From Thermoanaerobaculia bacterium (lineage in GTDB: Bacteria; Acidobacteriota; Thermoanaerobaculia; UBA5066): 64,000 bases of DNA. The stretch spans positions 2,010 to 66,009 of the forward strand of contig JBBQDQ010000002.1 in assembly GCA_038319835.1 (NCBI GenBank), in the 5' to 3' direction. The notes under the pieces were generated by a model. The model was not told the origin of the DNA. It worked only from the letters and a program-made list of their open reading frames with translations, and ran no database searches. Of this stretch, positions 31,275 to 40,606 are shown one piece after another; the first letter of the stretch is position 1, and each line of letters opens with the position of its first letter. The translations under genes were made by a program, and so were the position numbers.

Positions 31275-32204
31275 TCAGTCCCGCTCCTCCGCCTTCGGGT
31301 GGCTCTTGCGGTACACCGCGAGGAGCCGCTCGGCGTCGAGGTGCGTGTACTTCTGCGTGGTCGAGAGCGACGCGTGGCCGAGGAGCTCCTGGATCACGCG
31401 CAGGTCCGCGCCCGCCGCGAGGAGGTGCGTCGCAAAGGAATGGCGAAGCGCGTGCGGCGACGCGTGGCGCTGGACCCCCGCCCCGAGCATCGCGCGGTCG
31501 AGGATGCGCCGCACGCTGCGGTCGGTCAGGCGCCCCGCGTGCGCGTTCAGGAAGAGGAACGCGGCGTCCTTCGCGGCCGGCCGCAAGTCTGCGCGCGCTT
31601 TCAGCCACGTCTTGACCGCGTCGGCCGCCGAGCGGCCGAACGGGACGATCCGCTCCTTGCGCCCCTTGCCGACGGTCCGCACCTGCCGGGCGGAGAGGTC
31701 GACGTCTTCGAGCTTCAGTCCGACGAGCTCAGAGACCCGGAGGCCGGTCGCGTAGAGGAGCTCGAGGAGCGCGCGGTCGCGCGAGCCGAGGGCGCCCTCC
31801 CGGCCCTTCGCCTCGACGACGGCTCCCACTTCCGTCACGGACAGCGTCCGCGGGAGCGCGTGCTCCCGGCGCGGCGTCGCGATCGCTTTGGCGGGGTTCG
31901 CCTCGACCCGGCCCTCGCGCTTCAGGAACGCGAAGAAGGTCCGGAGCGCGGAGAGCTGCCGGCCCATCGAGACCTTCGCGAGGCCCTCGGCCCGGAGGTG
32001 GGCGAGGAAGGACCTCACGGCGAGGGCGTCCACGTCCGCGGCGGAGATCTTCTCGAGGGGCCTGTTCCAGAAGACGGACGAGAGGAACGCGGCGAACCGC
32101 GCGAGATCCGTCCCGTAGGCCGCCCGCGTGTGCCGCGAGACGCCGCGCTCGTCCGCGAGGTGGCGGTCGAACGCGGCGAGCTCGTCCGCGAAGCGGTCGC
32201 GCAC
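31275..32204 (-). CDS. xerC: tyrosine recombinase XerC/XerD
   Basis: 309 aa. ATGLRVSEL, HALRHSFATHLL and LGHASLSTTQKYTH catalytic motifs. Conserved position upstream of hslVU. Confidence 0.88.
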   Translation of the reverse strand: MRDRFADELAAFDRHLADERGVSRHTRAAYGTDLARFAAFLSSVFWNRPLEKISAADVDALAVRSFLAHLRAEGLAKVSMGRQLSALRTFFAFLKREGRVEANPAKAIATPRREHALPRTLSVTEVGAVVEAKGREGALGSRDRALLELLYATGLRVSELVGLKLEDVDLSARQVRTVGKGRKERIVPFGRSAADAVKTWLKARADLRPAAKDAAFLFLNAHAGRLTDRSVRRILDRAMLGAGVQRHASPHALRHSFATHLLAAGADLRVIQELLGHASLSTTQKYTHLDAERLLAVYRKSHPKAEERD

Positions 32205-32524
32205 TACTTCTTCGCGAGCGTCCGCACCTCGGCGACGAGCGCCTTGATCTCGTCGGCCGAGAGCTTCTTCTCGAACGCGGGCATCTTGTCGTGCCCCTTC
32301 GTGACGGACCGGACCAGCCGCGCGTCGTCGACCTTGTCCTGCCAGCGCGCGTTCGTGAGGTCGCGGGCGCCCTTCTTCTTGCCTTCCTCGGTCTGGCCCC
32401 TGCCGTCGTCGCCGTGGCAGACGGAGCAGTACGTCTGAAAGCTCTCGGAGCGCGCGTCGGCGGCGGCGGCCGGCGCGGCGGCGAGGAGTGCGGCGGTCAG
32501 GGCGGCGGCGGCGTTCTTCTTCAC
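32204..32524 (-). CDS. secreted monoheme c-type cytochrome
   Basis: GTG 32524 lies 6 nt after GGAGGA. Signal peptide, a single CSVCH, and a distal Met context GHDKMPAF. Confidence 0.75.
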   Translation of the reverse strand: MKKNAAAALTAALLAAAPAAAADARSESFQTYCSVCHGDDGRGQTEEGKKKGARDLTNARWQDKVDDARLVRSVTKGHDKMPAFEKKLSADEIKALVAEVRTLAKK

Positions 32525-32546
32525 GGGTCTTCCTCCAAGGACGATT

Positions 32547-33914
32547 CTAGGAGCCGCCGCCACCGGGGACCGTGACGGACGGCACGGGAAGCGCCTCAGC
32601 CTTCCAGCGTGCGACCTCCTCGAGGGCCCGGCGGGCGATCTCGGCGCGCCTCCCGGCCCGGTCCTTCGACGGCGGGACGTCGGCGTCCTCGATGAGGCCG
32701 AACGTCACGTTCATCGGGGTGAAGTCCCCGTCCCGGGGCGTCGAGACGTGCCTGGCGAGCGAGCCGAGCGCCGTCGAGAAGGCGAGCGGCGCGGGCTCCC
32801 TCCCCTCGACGAGCTGCGCGAGCGTGGTGCCGACCATGAGCCCGGTGGCGGCCGACTCGAGGTAGCCCTCGACGCCCGTGAGCTGCCCCGCGAAGAAAAC
32901 GCGCGGGTCCTTCCGCCAGCGGAAGAAGCGGTCGAGATGCGCCGGTCCGTTCACGTACGTGTTGCGGTGGAGCATCCCGTATCTCACGAACTCGGCGTTC
33001 TCGAGGCCCGGCAGCATCCGGAAGATCCGCTTCTGCTCCCCGACCTTGAGCTTCGTCTGGAAGCCGACGAGGTTGAAGTGCGTCCGGGCGAGGTCGTCCT
33101 GCCGGAGCTGGACGACGGCGTACGGCTCGCGGCCCGTCCGCGGGTCGGGCAGGCCGAACGGCTTCATCGGCCCGTGGCGGAGCGTCTCGACTCCCCGCTC
33201 AGCCATCGCCTCGGCGGGGAGGCAGCCCTCGAAATAGACGGCCTTCTCGAAGTCGTGGAAGGGAACCTTCTCGCCCGCGAGGAGCTCCGCGACGAACGCC
33301 TCGTACTCGCTCCGCGAGAGCGGAACGTTCAGGTAGTCGTCTCCGCCACCCTTGCCGTAGCGCGAGAGCGCGTAGAGCTTTTCCATGTCGAGAGACGCGG
33401 CCTCCACGATGGGCGCCATCGCGTCGTAGAAGTAGAGGTACTTCTCGCCGAGCAGCGAGAGCAGCGCCTCCTCGAGCGCGGAGGACGTGAGCGGGCCCGT
33501 CGCGACGACGACCCACCCGTCGCCGGGATCGGGCAGCACCTCGGCTTCCGCCCTCACGAGCGTGAGGAGCGGCTCTCTCGCGAGGCGGCGCGTGACCGCG
33601 TCCGCGAAGATCGTCCGGTCCACGGCGAGGGCGTCTCCGGCCGGAACCGCCGCCTTGCGGGCCTCCTCGAGGATCAGCGAGCCGACGCTCTCCATCTCGC
33701 GCTTCAGGAGCCCGACCGCGTTCGCGGGGTTGTCGGACCGGAACGAGTTCGAGCAGACCATCTCGGCGAGGCGGTCCGTCGCGTGGGCATCCGTCGTCCG
33801 CACCGGCCGCATCTCGACGAGCGTGACGGGATGCCCGCGGCGGAGCAGCTGGTGCGCGCACTCGACACCGGCGAAGCCGCCGCCGAGAATCGTGACACGG
33901 GGAGCCGTTTTCAT
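32547..33914 (-). CDS. trmFO: methylenetetrahydrofolate--tRNA-(uracil54-C5)-methyltransferase TrmFO
   Basis: 455 aa. ILGGGFAGVECA dinucleotide fold, MVCSNSFRSD and FFAGQLTGVEGYLES. Confidence 0.93.
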   Translation of the reverse strand: MKTAPRVTILGGGFAGVECAHQLLRRGHPVTLVEMRPVRTTDAHATDRLAEMVCSNSFRSDNPANAVGLLKREMESVGSLILEEARKAAVPAGDALAVDRTIFADAVTRRLAREPLLTLVRAEAEVLPDPGDGWVVVATGPLTSSALEEALLSLLGEKYLYFYDAMAPIVEAASLDMEKLYALSRYGKGGGDDYLNVPLSRSEYEAFVAELLAGEKVPFHDFEKAVYFEGCLPAEAMAERGVETLRHGPMKPFGLPDPRTGREPYAVVQLRQDDLARTHFNLVGFQTKLKVGEQKRIFRMLPGLENAEFVRYGMLHRNTYVNGPAHLDRFFRWRKDPRVFFAGQLTGVEGYLESAATGLMVGTTLAQLVEGREPAPLAFSTALGSLARHVSTPRDGDFTPMNVTFGLIEDADVPPSKDRAGRRAEIARRALEEVARWKAEALPVPSVTVPGGGGS

Positions 33915-33997
33915 ACTCGGATTCTACGGAAGGGCTCGGCGTGAGCCGCGATGCCGATTTTCTTCGCATTGAGAAGAAAGCAGCACGAGGAGGCCCC

Positions 33998-36900
33998 ATG
34001 AGAACCGTCGCAAGGATCCTGCTAATCCTGGCTGCCCTCCCCGGGAGTCTTCTCGCCCTGGAGCCTTCCGGCGACGGGCGCGTCCCCGCGGGAACGGTCC
34101 CCCGGAGGGTCGCCGAGGCGAGCGACCTGGGTCCCGCCGATCGCGACCTGCCGTTCTCCCGCGTCGTCCTTCTCCTGGCGCCTCGCGACTCCGCCGCGCT
34201 CGAGACGTTCCTCGCCAGCCAGCAGGACCCGGCGAGTCCGGCCTTCCATTGCTGGCTCACCCCCGAGGAGTTCGGAGAGCGATTCGGGGCGCGGGCGGCG
34301 GACATTCAGCTCGTCTCGGCGTGGCTCTCCAACCAGGGGCTCACGGTCCTCGGTCCGACGTCTGGCCGGACGGCTCTCCTCTTCTCGGGGCGCCTCGCCG
34401 AAGTGGAACGCGCTTTCGACACCACGTTCCGGAATCTCGTGTGGAACGGCGAGCCCCATATCTCGAACGTCACGGTGCCGACGATCCCGCGAGAGCTATC
34501 CCACGTGGTCCGCGGCGTGGTCGCGCTCGACGACTTCCGGCGGGCCCGAGCACGCGCGCGGAAACCGCAGGACACCAGCAGCAACGGCGTTCATACACTC
34601 GCGCCCGCAGACTTCGCGACGATCTACGGCGTCGATGCCCTCTACGCGGCGGGCCTCGACGGGCGCGGGACCACGATCGTCGTCCCGGGAAGCTCGCAGA
34701 TCAACCTGGACGACGTGCGCACCTTCCGCAAGGTCTACGGGCTGCCGGCGGCCGATCCCGAGATCGTCGTCGCCGGGAAGGATCCGGGGCTGACGGACGA
34801 AGAGTCCGAGGGGGATCTCGACGTTCAGTGGTCCGGGGCCGTCGCACCTGCGGCCTCGATCGTTTACGTCGTCTCGGAGGGGGTGTTGCCGGCGCTCAAC
34901 CCCGACCTCGCCGCGCTCACGGCGGTCGACCGCAACCTCGGCGCGGTCCTCAGCTATTCCTTCGGCTGGTGCGAGGCCGACAGCACGCCCGAGTACGTCG
35001 CCTTCTACCGGAACGTCTGGGCGCAGGCCGCGGCACAGGGGATTTCCGTCCTCGTCGCCTCGGGCGACACGGGCGTTCTCGGCTGCGGCGACATCAACGC
35101 TGTGAGCCGGGACGCCGTTTCGGTGTCGCTCCTCGCCTCGAGTCCTTACTGCACCGCCTTGGGCGGGACGTTGTTCGACGATCCCTCTGCGGCGCTCTAC
35201 TGGGACGCCGAAAGCGACCCGGTCACGAAGCGTTCCGCCAAGGGCCCCATCCCGGAGGTCGCCTGGACCGGCTCCGGAGGAGGCCTCAGCGCGGTGTTCG
35301 CGCGGCCGCTCTGGCAGGACGTGCCCGGCCTCGCTCCCGGAACGGGCCGAGCCCTCCCGGACGTCTCCCTGAGCGCGTCGCCACACGACGGCTACCGCAT
35401 CAATTACAAAGGTGTTCTGCTCACGGTCGGCGGCACGTCGTGTTCGACGCCCGCGTTCGCCGGGATCGTCGCACTCCTCGTCCAGAAGCTCGGCGGACGG
35501 CTGGGGAACCTCAATCCGATGCTCTACGCGCTCGGCCGGCAGCAGTACGGCGGTGGGGCTGGCGTCTCCCCGTTCCGGGACGTGACGACGGGCGACAACT
35601 CGTGGCGCGGCCACACGGGCTACAAAGCCGGGGCGGGCTACGACCTCGTGACCGGACTCGGCTCGGTCGACGCCGGCGCCTTCGTGAGCGCGTGGACGGC
35701 GCTCGCTCAGGGCCCGAGCCCTTCGTCAAGCGACCTTTCCGTCGGGCTCTCGCCGGGCGCAGCCGGCGTAGCGCCGGGGGAAAGCGTGAGTTTCGCGGTG
35801 ACCCTCACGAGCGCGGCCGGCCTCGAGCCGGTGGCGACGGTCTCGAACGGCCCTCTGCCCTCGGGTTGGACGGCGCGCTACGAGCCATCCCGCCAGAGCG
35901 ACGCGTCGACGGGCTACGTCTCGCCCTCAATTCCGGCGACGCTGCGGATCACCGCCCCCATTTCCACGCCCTCCGGCAGCTACGCAATCCTGGTCCGTGT
36001 CGCCACCGGCACGGTGGCCCGCTCGACGGCCGCCGTCGTGACGGTCGGCGTCCCCGCGAGCACCGCTCCGGGAGTCGAGGTCCAGGCCCCCGTCGTCCTC
36101 GACTTCTTCGGCGCCGGCCGGTCGCACTTCACCTCGGACCTTTACGCGTTGAACCGGAGCCGCGCGGCCGCGACGCTCCTTCTCCGTTACGTCGCCTCCC
36201 CCGGCACTCCCGGTGCAGGCGCCCCTCTCGTGGCCGTGCCGATTCCCGCTGGCGGAGAGTTCCGGACGGACGACGCGATCGCGTTTCTGCGTTCGAACGG
36301 CATCGCGCTGCCCGAGGGCGGCACGCTCGGAACGCTCTTCGCAACGTTCGCGGGCGTGTCCGACCCGACGCTCGTGTCCGCCGGCTCGCGCACGTCGACG
36401 CCGAACCCGAACACGGTCGTCGGCGGCAGCTTCGGGACCTTCTCGCCCGCCTGGCGGTCGGGCGCGGCGCTCATTGGCGACACGTGGATCTACGGCCTCC
36501 GGGAGGACGGCGCGTTCCGCTCGAACCTCGCGCTCGTGCACGCCCCGTCGTCGTCGTCGTTCGGCGCGGTCGCACCCGTGACGGTGGAGATGCAGCTCTA
36601 TGACGGGGATCTCGGCCTCGCGGCGGGTGCCCCGATCTCGTACACGCTCCAGCCCGGCGAGTTCCACCAGTTCAACAGCGTGCTCGCGTCGCGCGGGCTC
36701 TCAAACGGCTACGCCCGCGTTCGGAGAACCGCCGGTGCCGACCGCTTCATCGCCTACGGAGTCGTCAACGACGGGGCCTCGACCGGCGGCGGGACTTCCG
36801 ACGGGAGCCTGATTGCGGCCGGGGCGACTGAGGGACTCCTCCCCATCGTGCTCGACCTGCCTGGGACGACGCACTACCAGACCGAGCTCACGCTCACGAA

Positions 36901-37552
36901 CCCGTCGCTCTCGTCCTCCGTGGCTGTGACTCTGACGTACACGCCCGCGGCGCTCCTCGGCGCGACCGGCGGCGGGACCGTTCCGACGACGCTGGGGCCG
37001 GGCCGGCAGCTCCGGGTGCCGAACGCGATCTCGTACCTGCGCGCGCTCGGACTCGGGATCCCGGCCGACGGCAAGCAGGGCGGCACGCTCTCCGTAAGCG
37101 GCGCGGCCGCGCTGGCCCGTACGTTCAACCCGAACCCCGACTCCGCGGTCGGCGGGACCTTCGGCCTGGCCTACGGAGCCGTACCGGCTTCGGAGCGGGC
37201 CAGGAGCGGCGCGTGGGTCTTCGGGCTGAGGCAAGACGACGCGATGCGATCGAACCTCGCGGTGGCCGATGCGCGGACGGCCGGCGACCCGCTCGATTAC
37301 CGCATCGACGTCTTCGACTCCGACTCGGGAGCGAGCCTCCCGGCGCAGTCCTTCACACGCACGCTTTCGCCCGGGCAATGGACGCAGGTCGACTCGATCC
37401 TCGGAGCGGCCGGCGTGGCGCACGGCTACGTCCGGGTCGCGCCGGCCTCGGGTGAGTCGGACTACGTCGCGTACGGCGTCACGAACGACGGCCCGGGTCC
37501 GGGCACCCGCACCTCGGACGGGTCGTACCTCCCCATGGTCGTCGGGGACTGA
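33998..37552 (+). CDS. secreted sedolisin (peptidase S53) with pro-kumamolisin-type propeptide, Ig-like domain and two C-terminal ~245-aa repeats
   Basis: ATG 33998 lies 4 nt after GGAGG, followed by a signal peptide. Propeptide (LTPEEFGERFG), catalytic region ESEGDLDVQW ... GGTSCSTPAFAG (the SGTSxxxP-type Ser). Confidence 0.85.
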   Translation: MRTVARILLILAALPGSLLALEPSGDGRVPAGTVPRRVAEASDLGPADRDLPFSRVVLLLAPRDSAALETFLASQQDPASPAFHCWLTPEEFGERFGARAADIQLVSAWLSNQGLTVLGPTSGRTALLFSGRLAEVERAFDTTFRNLVWNGEPHISNVTVPTIPRELSHVVRGVVALDDFRRARARARKPQDTSSNGVHTLAPADFATIYGVDALYAAGLDGRGTTIVVPGSSQINLDDVRTFRKVYGLPAADPEIVVAGKDPGLTDEESEGDLDVQWSGAVAPAASIVYVVSEGVLPALNPDLAALTAVDRNLGAVLSYSFGWCEADSTPEYVAFYRNVWAQAAAQGISVLVASGDTGVLGCGDINAVSRDAVSVSLLASSPYCTALGGTLFDDPSAALYWDAESDPVTKRSAKGPIPEVAWTGSGGGLSAVFARPLWQDVPGLAPGTGRALPDVSLSASPHDGYRINYKGVLLTVGGTSCSTPAFAGIVALLVQKLGGRLGNLNPMLYALGRQQYGGGAGVSPFRDVTTGDNSWRGHTGYKAGAGYDLVTGLGSVDAGAFVSAWTALAQGPSPSSSDLSVGLSPGAAGVAPGESVSFAVTLTSAAGLEPVATVSNGPLPSGWTARYEPSRQSDASTGYVSPSIPATLRITAPISTPSGSYAILVRVATGTVARSTAAVVTVGVPASTAPGVEVQAPVVLDFFGAGRSHFTSDLYALNRSRAAATLLLRYVASPGTPGAGAPLVAVPIPAGGEFRTDDAIAFLRSNGIALPEGGTLGTLFATFAGVSDPTLVSAGSRTSTPNPNTVVGGSFGTFSPAWRSGAALIGDTWIYGLREDGAFRSNLALVHAPSSSSFGAVAPVTVEMQLYDGDLGLAAGAPISYTLQPGEFHQFNSVLASRGLSNGYARVRRTAGADRFIAYGVVNDGASTGGGTSDGSLIAAGATEGLLPIVLDLPGTTHYQTELTLTNPSLSSSVAVTLTYTPAALLGATGGGTVPTTLGPGRQLRVPNAISYLRALGLGIPADGKQGGTLSVSGAAALARTFNPNPDSAVGGTFGLAYGAVPASERARSGAWVFGLRQDDAMRSNLAVADARTAGDPLDYRIDVFDSDSGASLPAQSFTRTLSPGQWTQVDSILGAAGVAHGYVRVAPASGESDYVAYGVTNDGPGPGTRTSDGSYLPMVVGD
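36074..37549 (+). repeat. tandem duplication of a ~245-aa protein module inside the sedolisin gene
   Basis: R1 36074-36823 and R2 36824-37549 align along their whole length (FTSDLYALNRS/YQTELTLTNPS; TWIYGLREDGAFRSNLALV/AWVFGLRQDDAMRSNLAVA; LQPGEFHQFNSVL/LSPGQWTQVDSIL; FIAYGVVNDG..TSDGS/YVAYGVTNDG..TSDGS). Confidence 0.8.
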
Positions 37553-37679
37553 GGCGCGGCGGAGGGGCGGCCCTCTCGTAAACTCGCCCCGTGACGTTCG
37601 AAGGCCACCTTTACGACAAGGGCTACTTCGAGGGGCTGCGCAAGAGCCTCTGGTTCACGAACCCGCGCGCGGTGAGGCC

Positions 37680-38396
37680 GTGACGGATGCGCCCGGGAAG
37701 TTCGCCCCGAACACCGACGTCTACGGGCCGGAGTACTACGAGCGGATGTACCGCCCGCACTGGTTCCTGAGGAACCGGCGCAAGTACGAGGAGCGCGACG
37801 CGGCCCTCCTCCGGCTCGTCCGGCCGACTCCGTCCACCCGCGTCCTCGAGGTCGGCTCGGCGCGCGGCGACACGGCGTTTTTCCTCGCCCCGCACGTCGC
37901 GGAGGTCGTCGGGATCGACGCGGCGCCGTCGGCCGTGGCGTCCGCCCGGGCGGAGAAATCGGCGCGCGGCGTCGTGAACGTCCGCTTCGAGGAGGTGGAC
38001 GCGCGGGACCTGTCGCGCATCGCGGGCGCTCCGTTCGACGTCGTCCTCCTCGCGGACTTCGTCGAGCACGTCCTCGACGACGTCCTCGTCCCGTGCCTCG
38101 AGAGCGCCCGGCGGACTCTCGCGCCCGGAGGCGCCCTCGCGATCTACACCCCGAACGCGACGCACTGGGCCGAGCGGATCAAGGCCGCCGTGCCCGGCCT
38201 CCAGCAGGAGGACCACATCGCGGTCCGGCCGGCAGCGCGCGTCGTCGCGCTCGCCCTGGAGGCGGGCTTCCGCACGGACGATCTCTTCTTCTCCGCGAGC
38301 CCGTATCCCCTCGTCGGCGCCCTCGACCGCGCGTTCCCGTTGGTCGGCCTCTGCCGTTTCCGGACGTGCCTGAGGGCGATAACGTCGCCGGCGTGA
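37680..38396 (+). CDS. class I SAM-dependent methyltransferase
   Basis: GTG 37680. VLEVGSARGD is motif I (GxGxG-like). DVVLLADFVEHV and LAPGGALAI are motifs II/III. Confidence 0.72.
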   Translation: MTDAPGKFAPNTDVYGPEYYERMYRPHWFLRNRRKYEERDAALLRLVRPTPSTRVLEVGSARGDTAFFLAPHVAEVVGIDAAPSAVASARAEKSARGVVNVRFEEVDARDLSRIAGAPFDVVLLADFVEHVLDDVLVPCLESARRTLAPGGALAIYTPNATHWAERIKAAVPGLQQEDHIAVRPAARVVALALEAGFRTDDLFFSASPYPLVGALDRAFPLVGLCRFRTCLRAITSPA

Positions 38397-38406
38397 GGGT
38401 CCCGCC

Positions 38407-39336
38407 ATGAAGGTCTCCTTCGCCACCTGCGACGTGTTCACGGACCGGCCGTTCACGGGCAACCCGCTCCTCGTCGTGCCGGACGCGCGCGGGCTCAGCC
38501 CGGCTCAGATGCAGGCGATCGCGCGCGAGATCAACTATTCCGAGTCCACGTTCGTCCTCCCGGCGAAGGACCCCGCCCACGCGTACTGGCAGCGGACGTT
38601 CGTCCCGGTCAAGGAGATCCCGTACGCGGGTCACCCGACCGTCGGGACCGCCGTCGTGATGGCCTCGCTCGGAAAGGTGGCCGCGGGGGCGGCCGACGGC
38701 GCCGTGCCCGTCACGATCGAGGTCGGATTCGGCCCGCTCGCCCTCGAGCTCCTGAAGAAGGACGGCCGCGTGTCGCGCGTGCGGATGCAGCAGGGGCGTC
38801 CGGAGTGGAATGAGCCCGTGACCGGCGACGACGTGAAGGGCCAGATCGCGGCCGCGCTCGGCGTGCCGTTCGACGCGCTCCATCCGTCCCTGCCGCCGCA
38901 GGCCGTCGGGACGGGCAACACGTTCCTCATGGTGCCGCTCGCCTCCGTCGAGGCGGTCTCCTCGGCGCTCTCCGACACGCGGATGCTGAACCTCGTCGAG
39001 CGGCACCTCGGCGTCCTCGGCCTCTTCTTCTTCGCGTTCGACGAGTCGTCCGGACGGACGCGCCTGAGGGCCCGGATGTTCGCGCCCGGCGCCGGCGTGC
39101 CCGAGGACCCCGCGACGGGCTCCGCGGCCGGCCCGGTCGGCGTCTACCTCGCCCTCCACGGCGCTCTGCCCGGAGGGGTCGCGGACGGACGCGGACGCTT
39201 CACGATCGACCAGGGCGTCGAGATGGCCCGCCCGTCCGAGCTCGAGGTGACCGTCCTTCTCGACGGGGGCCGCCCGTCGGGGGTCCGCGTCGAGGGCGAC
39301 GCCGTCCTGATGATGCGGGGCGAGATCGACGTCTGA
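38407..39336 (+). CDS. PhzF-family isomerase
   Basis: 309 aa. DVFTDRPFTGNPLLVV and INYSESTFVLP are typical PhzF motifs. Confidence 0.88.
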   Translation: MKVSFATCDVFTDRPFTGNPLLVVPDARGLSPAQMQAIAREINYSESTFVLPAKDPAHAYWQRTFVPVKEIPYAGHPTVGTAVVMASLGKVAAGAADGAVPVTIEVGFGPLALELLKKDGRVSRVRMQQGRPEWNEPVTGDDVKGQIAAALGVPFDALHPSLPPQAVGTGNTFLMVPLASVEAVSSALSDTRMLNLVERHLGVLGLFFFAFDESSGRTRLRARMFAPGAGVPEDPATGSAAGPVGVYLALHGALPGGVADGRGRFTIDQGVEMARPSELEVTVLLDGGRPSGVRVEGDAVLMMRGEIDV

Positions 39337-39345
39337 CCGCCGCGC

Positions 39346-40224
39346 TCAGCCGACTTCGGGCTCGATCGACCCCATCCGGCCCGCCTCGAAGTCCTCGAAC
39401 GCCTCGGCGATCTCGGCCTTCGTGTTCATGACGAACGGGCCGTAGCGGGCGATCGGCTCGTCCAGCGGCTGGCCGCCGATCAGGAGGACCCCCGCCGGTG
39501 CGGTCGCCTCGATCGCGACGTCGCCCGCACCCTTGCCGAAGATCACGCAGTCGCCGTCGGCGCCTCGCGTCGCGTCCCGCCCGAAGAGGCCCGCGCCCGA
39601 GACCACGAACGCGAAGACGTTGAATCCTTCGGGCACCGGCTGGGCGACGCGCCCGCCCGTCTCGAACGTGAAGTGGAGGTAGAGAATCGGCGTGCGCGTC
39701 TCGATGACGGCCCTCTGACCGAGAGACGCGCCCGCGATCACCTTCACGCGCGCCTTCCCGTCCGCGCTCTTCCCTTCGGGGATGCGCGCGGCGGGGATCT
39801 CCTGGTAGCGCGGGCGCATGCGCTTGTCCTTCTTCGGCAGGTTCACCCAGAGCTGGAAGCCGTGCATCCGGCCGCCCGTCCTCTGAAACTCCGGATCGGG
39901 CATCTCGGAGTGCACGACGCCGTCGCCGGCCGTCATCCACTGCACGTCGCCCGGCGTCAGCGCTCCGGCGTGCCCCTTCGAGTCGCGGTGGCGCATCGCG
40001 CCCGCGAGGAGGTAGGTCACGGTCTCGAAGCCGCGGTGCGGGTGGTCGGGCGCACCCACGGCCTTTCCGGGCGCGTAGTCGACCGGCCCCATCTCGTCGA
40101 GGAGGAGGAACGGGTCGATCGCATCGAGCGCCTGCGTGGGAAAGGGGCGACGCACCCGGAAGCCTCCGCCCTCGAGCGTGACGACGCCGGGGACGACGCG
40201 GGAAACGGGACGAAGTTCGGACAT
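39346..40224 (-). CDS. pirin-family protein
   Basis: ATG 40224. GFRVRRPFP, PDHPHRGFETVTYLL and WMTAGDGVVHSEMP (cupin metal site). Confidence 0.9.
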   Translation of the reverse strand: MSELRPVSRVVPGVVTLEGGGFRVRRPFPTQALDAIDPFLLLDEMGPVDYAPGKAVGAPDHPHRGFETVTYLLAGAMRHRDSKGHAGALTPGDVQWMTAGDGVVHSEMPDPEFQRTGGRMHGFQLWVNLPKKDKRMRPRYQEIPAARIPEGKSADGKARVKVIAGASLGQRAVIETRTPILYLHFTFETGGRVAQPVPEGFNVFAFVVSGAGLFGRDATRGADGDCVIFGKGAGDVAIEATAPAGVLLIGGQPLDEPIARYGPFVMNTKAEIAEAFEDFEAGRMGSIEPEVG

Positions 40225-40300
40225 GCGGCGTGAAACGCGCTGCTGCCGGGCGAAAATTCCCACGAAACCCGGCCGGGGCTTCGCGCGTCCTACGGGAACG

Positions 40301-40606
40301 ATGCCCACGATTCGCCGCGCCACCGCGCTCTTCGTCCTTTCCCTGGCGGCGGCTCCCGGCCGCGCCCAGGAGCCTCCCGCCGTCGCCGCATCCCTCGACC
40401 GCTACCTCACCGCCCGGACGGAACTCGGCCGCTTCAGCGGCGCGGTCCTCGTCGCAAAGGGCGAGCGCGTGCTCTTCCGGAAGGGCTACGGCTTCGCAGA
40501 CGTGGCGCGCCGGACCCCGTACACGCCGGAAACCCGCCACGCCGTCGCCTCGATCTCGAAGATGTTCACGGCGATGGCCGCGCTCAAGCTTCGCGACGCC
40601 GGGAAG
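40301..40606 (+). pseudogene. truncated beta-lactamase/serine-hydrolase-family gene (N-terminal ~100 codons only)
   Basis: Signal peptide plus FSGAVLVAKGERVLFRKGYGFAD and the SxxK motif (ASISKMFTAMAALKLRDAGK). Family similarity then stops abruptly: ~300 aa are missing and the frame runs as Arg-rich text into the topA 3' end. Confidence 0.5.

Noticed and set aside
31275-32204. Tyrosine recombinase as a marker of an integrated mobile element
   Set aside because: It sits in the conserved xerC-hslV-hslU housekeeping context, with no att-like repeats, tRNA target or cargo genes. It is interpreted as the chromosome-dimer resolvase.
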